Below, one piece after another: positions 59,941-64,000 of a stretch of DNA of 64,000 nucleotides. The notes below the pieces were generated by a model. The model searched no databases, was not told the origin of the DNA, and was given only the letters and a program-made list of their open reading frames with translations. A program made the translations under genes and the position numbers. The stretch's first letter is position 1; each line of letters opens with the position of its first letter. Origin of the DNA: Candidatus Nomurabacteria bacterium (GTDB taxonomy: Bacteria; Patescibacteriota; Patescibacteriia; HK-STAS-PATE-3); assembly GCA_023898465.1 (NCBI GenBank), contig CP060223.1:416001-480000 (forward strand), in the 5' to 3' direction.

Positions 59941-60831
59941 ATGGAACCCACTACATATCCAAACAGCCCGGTGTTCTTAATAGGCTCCCCGCGCAGTGGA
60001 AAAACAATACTGCACACCTTACTTGCGCAAGGTAATGACTTCGCCTGGTTTTCCCAATACTCAAGCAAATTTTATACTCATACTTGGCCGGCTTATTTAC
60101 CACGTATATATCAAATTCCATGGCTGGGAAGATATTTACAAAAACATGCTCGTTTACGCATACTCCCCCACCCTGAAGAAATTTCTCACAAGTTTATTCC
60201 AATAATGACTCAGTACGGTTCACTTGAGCAAACTCATGTGAATGAAGCAAATCAAAAAAAACTGCAGCACTGGGTGAGAAAACAAATGCAAGCGCAGAAA
60301 AAAAATCGTATGCTCATTGACTGCGGCCGACCTGCTCGCATATCTTTTTATCACAAAGTCTTTCCTGAGGCAAAATTTATTCACCTTATCAGAGATGGGC
60401 GCGCAGTAGCAGTTGAAATGCTCCGTAGTTACCCTTATATGTTTACTGAAAAAAGTAGTATTGATAGTTATTTTATCCAGACGCCCGAGGAATTTAAAAA
60501 CTACTTACCTAAAAAAAGCGATGATCCATCTCGACCTCTCATTTTAGCCGCCCTGTACTGGAAAATGTCTGTTCGTGAAATTGAGCGGCAAGCCAACCCA
60601 CTTGGAGAGGATGTTTTATCCATCCGATTTGAGGATATTCTCCAAAATCCTACTTCGGAGCTAGAAAAAATCTGTCGCTTTGTGGAATCGGCAAACTCTG
60701 CTAAAATCATCAAGTCTGCTAAGGTTCAGCGATTTCAGTATAAGGATGCCTCCCAGCTCATGGACAAGCAAGGCTACGAGAAATTGACCCATATACTGCA
60801 TGACGAGCTAAAAAACTATGGCTACATTTAA
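59941..60831 (+). CDS. PAPS-dependent sulfotransferase-family protein
   Basis: 296 aa. The 5'-PSB-like P-loop GSPRSGKTILHTLL near the N-terminus and the 3'-PB-like HLIRDGRAVAVEM. Confidence 0.65.
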   Translation: MEPTTYPNSPVFLIGSPRSGKTILHTLLAQGNDFAWFSQYSSKFYTHTWPAYLPRIYQIPWLGRYLQKHARLRILPHPEEISHKFIPIMTQYGSLEQTHVNEANQKKLQHWVRKQMQAQKKNRMLIDCGRPARISFYHKVFPEAKFIHLIRDGRAVAVEMLRSYPYMFTEKSSIDSYFIQTPEEFKNYLPKKSDDPSRPLILAALYWKMSVREIERQANPLGEDVLSIRFEDILQNPTSELEKICRFVESANSAKIIKSAKVQRFQYKDASQLMDKQGYEKLTHILHDELKNYGYI

Positions 60832-60858
60832 CCATTTAGTATTCAGAAAAGTAAGCAT

Positions 60859-61575
60859 ATGATGGATCTCGATATACTTAAGAAACGTGCTGATGATCGC
60901 TGGTTTGTAGTGGATCGATCAAAAGGCAAAAGGGTCTTAGAAATCGGTTGCGTAAACCATACTATTGAAGGAATTGAGGAGCAGCGCAGGATTGGCACTT
61001 GGCTTTTTGATTATCTCCACGTGTATGGAACTCATGCTACTGGTATTGATATTGACCAACCAGCAATTGACCATTTAGCCAAACAGGGCTACGACATCCG
61101 GTATGGAGATGGGCAAGATTTTAATCTGAACGAAGAGTTTGAAGTTATTATTGCATCAAAAGTAATTGATCATCTTACCAATATTGATGGTTTCCTAAAA
61201 AGCTGTAAAAAGCATCTCTCTCCCGACGGTAAACTCATTATCACTGATGACAACATTCTCTGCGTTCCTCAGCTCCTGACATGGTATGCAAAGAAAAATG
61301 TTGGACATCCTGACGATGATATAACTGTAAAAATTATTCCGGAGTACTTCCGCCTCTTTGTGAGGCGCTATGGCTTTGAGGTCGAAGAAATACATTATGT
61401 AGTTGGCACAGGAAATTCTTTTCTCTTCAAGCTGTTCCGTTTCATAAAAAAAATAATGCCAAAGCGCCTAGTACATGAACCGCTTTTTTATCCAAACTAC
61501 ATCATTCAATTACGTCATCGTACGAATGAAGAGAGCGAGAAGGGTGCTACTGCACATCACTCGCATCAGCACTAG
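60859..61575 (+). CDS. class I SAM-dependent methyltransferase
   Basis: 238 aa. VLEIGCVNH (motif I, G-x-G-like), then acidic motif II (DIR), then VIIASKVIDHL (motif III). Confidence 0.6.
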   Translation: MMDLDILKKRADDRWFVVDRSKGKRVLEIGCVNHTIEGIEEQRRIGTWLFDYLHVYGTHATGIDIDQPAIDHLAKQGYDIRYGDGQDFNLNEEFEVIIASKVIDHLTNIDGFLKSCKKHLSPDGKLIITDDNILCVPQLLTWYAKKNVGHPDDDITVKIIPEYFRLFVRRYGFEVEEIHYVVGTGNSFLFKLFRFIKKIMPKRLVHEPLFYPNYIIQLRHRTNEESEKGATAHHSHQH

Positions 61576-63958
61576 GCGGATCAATGATCTCGTAAACACT
61601 TACACCCTGTACCGATCCAATTGCTTGAAAGTATTTTGATGGATCAATTTTGGTGTTGAGATTCTCTTCATTTTCATCATAGTACTCCACATCTTCGTAA
61701 AGCTTAGAGAGGATCAAATCGGAACGATCTGTAGCTATTTTGTCGGTGGAATCAGTGAAGAGATAGAGTAAAGAGATAAAGTTATTTTGACCTTTGGTGT
61801 CTATAAAAGTACTTAGGTGGTATTTTTCCATTGCTCCAGGAAAACCTAAATCGCTAATATCCTTCCTGAGACTTTCCAATTCTGCTTGATTCGAAATCGC
61901 ACTTAGCTGCACAAATGGCTGGTGTGTATATAAATAAAGCACACGGTATTCTGAAGAATATGTCATGGCCTTACTGTTAGCGTCGCTATTCTTCAATATT
62001 ACGTCTCGTATGGCCTGCACTTCGAGTTGAGATAACTTACTTTGAAGAAAGTACTCTGGTGTAGGATTTAAAGTAAGCCCCATAGTTAATAATATGAGTG
62101 TAAATGTTGCTATAGTGCTCTTCTTTGATAAGACGAGGTTCTTCTCAATTTGATACAAAACACCGCCCACAAAAAGAACCATGGTCAAAACAAAAATATG
62201 ATTATAATACCATGCAAAGCGAATTGACTTTGAAGCCAGGATTAAAAAAATAAATGAAGTAAAGAAGAAAGTGAGGAGTATATAAAATTTCTTGCGGGGT
62301 AGAAACCAAAATGTACCTAAAGAGATAAAAAATACAAAGCTGATAAAGGGTGTACTCATATACCGAACTCTATCAAACAATTGTAGATAGAAATCCACGT
62401 TTAAGAGCAACGATGTATCTGTTAGGAATTCACCACCAAGAGCTTGTAGGGACTTTCGCAAAAAGAAAAGAGAGAGTAGTAGAAAAAATGCCCCAGTAGA
62501 AATAAGGCTTGTCCGCCAAACTTTTTTGTTTCTTTGCAGCAAACGAAGTGCCTTAGTAAATGGATATTTAAGAACCAGATAAATACCTAAAACTAGTAAT
62601 AGGAATACCACAAGCATAGTAATATTTCTCCCCCACTCATCAGCATGTGCCGGCAAGCTGCGGAGAAAAAGGGTAAAGAAAATATACGGAGAAAAGCTTG
62701 CTAATGCCAACTTAATTAAATGCAACATCTTTTCCTTTTCGAGGAAGAGTACGAGTAAAGCAAGAAGTGGACCGCCTATTACGACAAACGATAACTTACA
62801 TAAGAAGGCAAAACCAAGGATGATGAAAGAGGCGTCTCTTTTCCCGTAAAGGTATAAATTAACTGAGCAAAGCAAAAAACATAGTGCTGTTGCATCAAGT
62901 GTTGTGGTCCAAGTCAATAAATTAAAAACTGGAGTAAGTGAAAAAATGTACGTAAGTGCAATTGCTACAAGAGGTGAAAAAAGTCGTCTGGTTAATAAAA
63001 ATATGCTTCCTAAAATAAAGGAGCCAACAATAGTAAGATATATACGAACAATTGACTCATCGCTAAAATATGACCTCAAACTAAAGAATGGAGCAAGGGT
63101 CCACTCAAGTACCGGCATACGCCAAAATGTACCGTACTCCTGATCTTCAGCACTTCCAAAAATTCCTGCGTAAGCGGGGTTTCTGAATACAAATGGATTT
63201 TTTGCTTCATACATTTCTTGAGCAACTGGCACATAGCTCACATATTTTCCAGGGTGAAGTTTAATAAAAAACGAGTCATGGAAATATGGGACTCGAATTG
63301 CAAAATAATTCAACAGAATTAATGCCAACAAAAAAATGGATAAAACGTTCTTTTTACGAAAAAGTATGAACAATGTAGGAAGCAAAGGGATGCGACTAAA
63401 ACGGGAATGGCTAAAACGAATTTTTCTATACAGCTTTTCACTACTGTCTTCATCGTGGGCTGCCACATCTTCGATTTTGCGTTCACGATATATCACTTTA
63501 TTATTTAATATAAGCCAAATGAAGAATAATAGAGCCGTACTGTACAAGACTGCACTTACGGGCGTATTTAATATAGTCACAAAAATTCCACGCTGCTGTG
63601 TAAAGGTTGCCACAAGCGATATAATCAAAACAGCCAACAAAACAATCCCGTAATGAAGTGATGGGATTTGCATTTTTTCAAGACTTTTTTCTCTACGAAG
63701 TCTATTTGTGAAAGTAAAAAGCAAGGCGAGCGTCAACACAAGCACAAAGAAGCTTAAATAAGCGCTCACATCGGTACTTTGTATCAAGACCCTCTCTATG
63801 TGGACAGCGCTCCATACGTTTACCCAAATTGCGAGTGCTATTAACAAAGTAAATGATATCTTTCTTCTTAAAGTGTCCCGTATTCCTTGATAGGCAAAAA
63901 GAATCAAGATACTAAGGAAAATATTAATTTGTAAAAAACGCAAAGATAATTCGATCAT
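61547..63958 (-). CDS. large polytopic membrane protein with C-terminal extracytoplasmic domain, unknown (possibly GT-C/YfhO-like)
   Basis: 803 aa. More than 15 hydrophobic segments in the first about 620 aa and a soluble C-terminal about 180 aa. Convergent with the glycan cluster. Confidence 0.45.
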   Translation of the reverse strand: MIELSLRFLQINIFLSILILFAYQGIRDTLRRKISFTLLIALAIWVNVWSAVHIERVLIQSTDVSAYLSFFVLVLTLALLFTFTNRLRREKSLEKMQIPSLHYGIVLLAVLIISLVATFTQQRGIFVTILNTPVSAVLYSTALLFFIWLILNNKVIYRERKIEDVAAHDEDSSEKLYRKIRFSHSRFSRIPLLPTLFILFRKKNVLSIFLLALILLNYFAIRVPYFHDSFFIKLHPGKYVSYVPVAQEMYEAKNPFVFRNPAYAGIFGSAEDQEYGTFWRMPVLEWTLAPFFSLRSYFSDESIVRIYLTIVGSFILGSIFLLTRRLFSPLVAIALTYIFSLTPVFNLLTWTTTLDATALCFLLCSVNLYLYGKRDASFIILGFAFLCKLSFVVIGGPLLALLVLFLEKEKMLHLIKLALASFSPYIFFTLFLRSLPAHADEWGRNITMLVVFLLLVLGIYLVLKYPFTKALRLLQRNKKVWRTSLISTGAFFLLLSLFFLRKSLQALGGEFLTDTSLLLNVDFYLQLFDRVRYMSTPFISFVFFISLGTFWFLPRKKFYILLTFFFTSFIFLILASKSIRFAWYYNHIFVLTMVLFVGGVLYQIEKNLVLSKKSTIATFTLILLTMGLTLNPTPEYFLQSKLSQLEVQAIRDVILKNSDANSKAMTYSSEYRVLYLYTHQPFVQLSAISNQAELESLRKDISDLGFPGAMEKYHLSTFIDTKGQNNFISLLYLFTDSTDKIATDRSDLILSKLYEDVEYYDENEENLNTKIDPSKYFQAIGSVQGVSVYEIIDPPSADASDVQ

Positions 63959-64000
63959 CTCAATAGCCAGATCTCGATTCCAAAAGAAAACTAAACAAAT

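Overview
The window is a compact, gene-dense bacterial chromosome segment, about 40-45% G+C by rough hand counts, with many 1-8 nt gene overlaps. The gene content fits a small-genome bacterium, possibly Patescibacteria/CPR-like: extensive type IV pilus machinery with giant pilin-like proteins, a PEGA-domain protein, GT39-type membrane glycosyltransferases and dense overlapping operons. That taxonomic call is inference only. Core genes recognised: murD (partial), mraY, a complete type IV pilus operon (pilB, pilC, three prepilin-like genes, pilM/N/O), rpmA, pyrG, rplI, ctpA, murA, rmlA-like/rmlD/rmlB, ahcY and a PfkB kinase. Two short, clearly higher-G+C islands (about 50-58% in hand-counted 60-nt samples) interrupt this backbone. 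Island 1 (about 22.7-24.9 kb) encodes small unknown proteins, including a tandem paralogous pair with its own consensus sigma70 promoter. Island 2 (about 40.3-44.4 kb) is a promoter-to-terminator module of three signal-peptide proteins: a T9SS/FlgD-Ig-type C-terminal-domain protein, a tail-fibre/endosialidase-chaperone-like repeat protein, and an M23 peptidase carrying Fn3 and CBM-like domains. Island 2 lies immediately next to three consecutive frameshift-disrupted polysaccharide genes (GT4, GT2, Wzx). A 15-kb low-G+C (about 35%) single-strand glycan-biosynthesis cluster (46.2-61.6 kb) carries GT2/GT4 transferases, two FkbM methyltransferases, a SAM-MTase, a sulfotransferase, a DegT aminotransferase, WbqC, an ATP-grasp-HAD fusion, a PglK/MsbA-like ABC exporter and two tandem beta-propeller glycosidase-fold paralogs. 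No rRNA, tRNA, CRISPR array, integrase or transposase could be recognised by eye.
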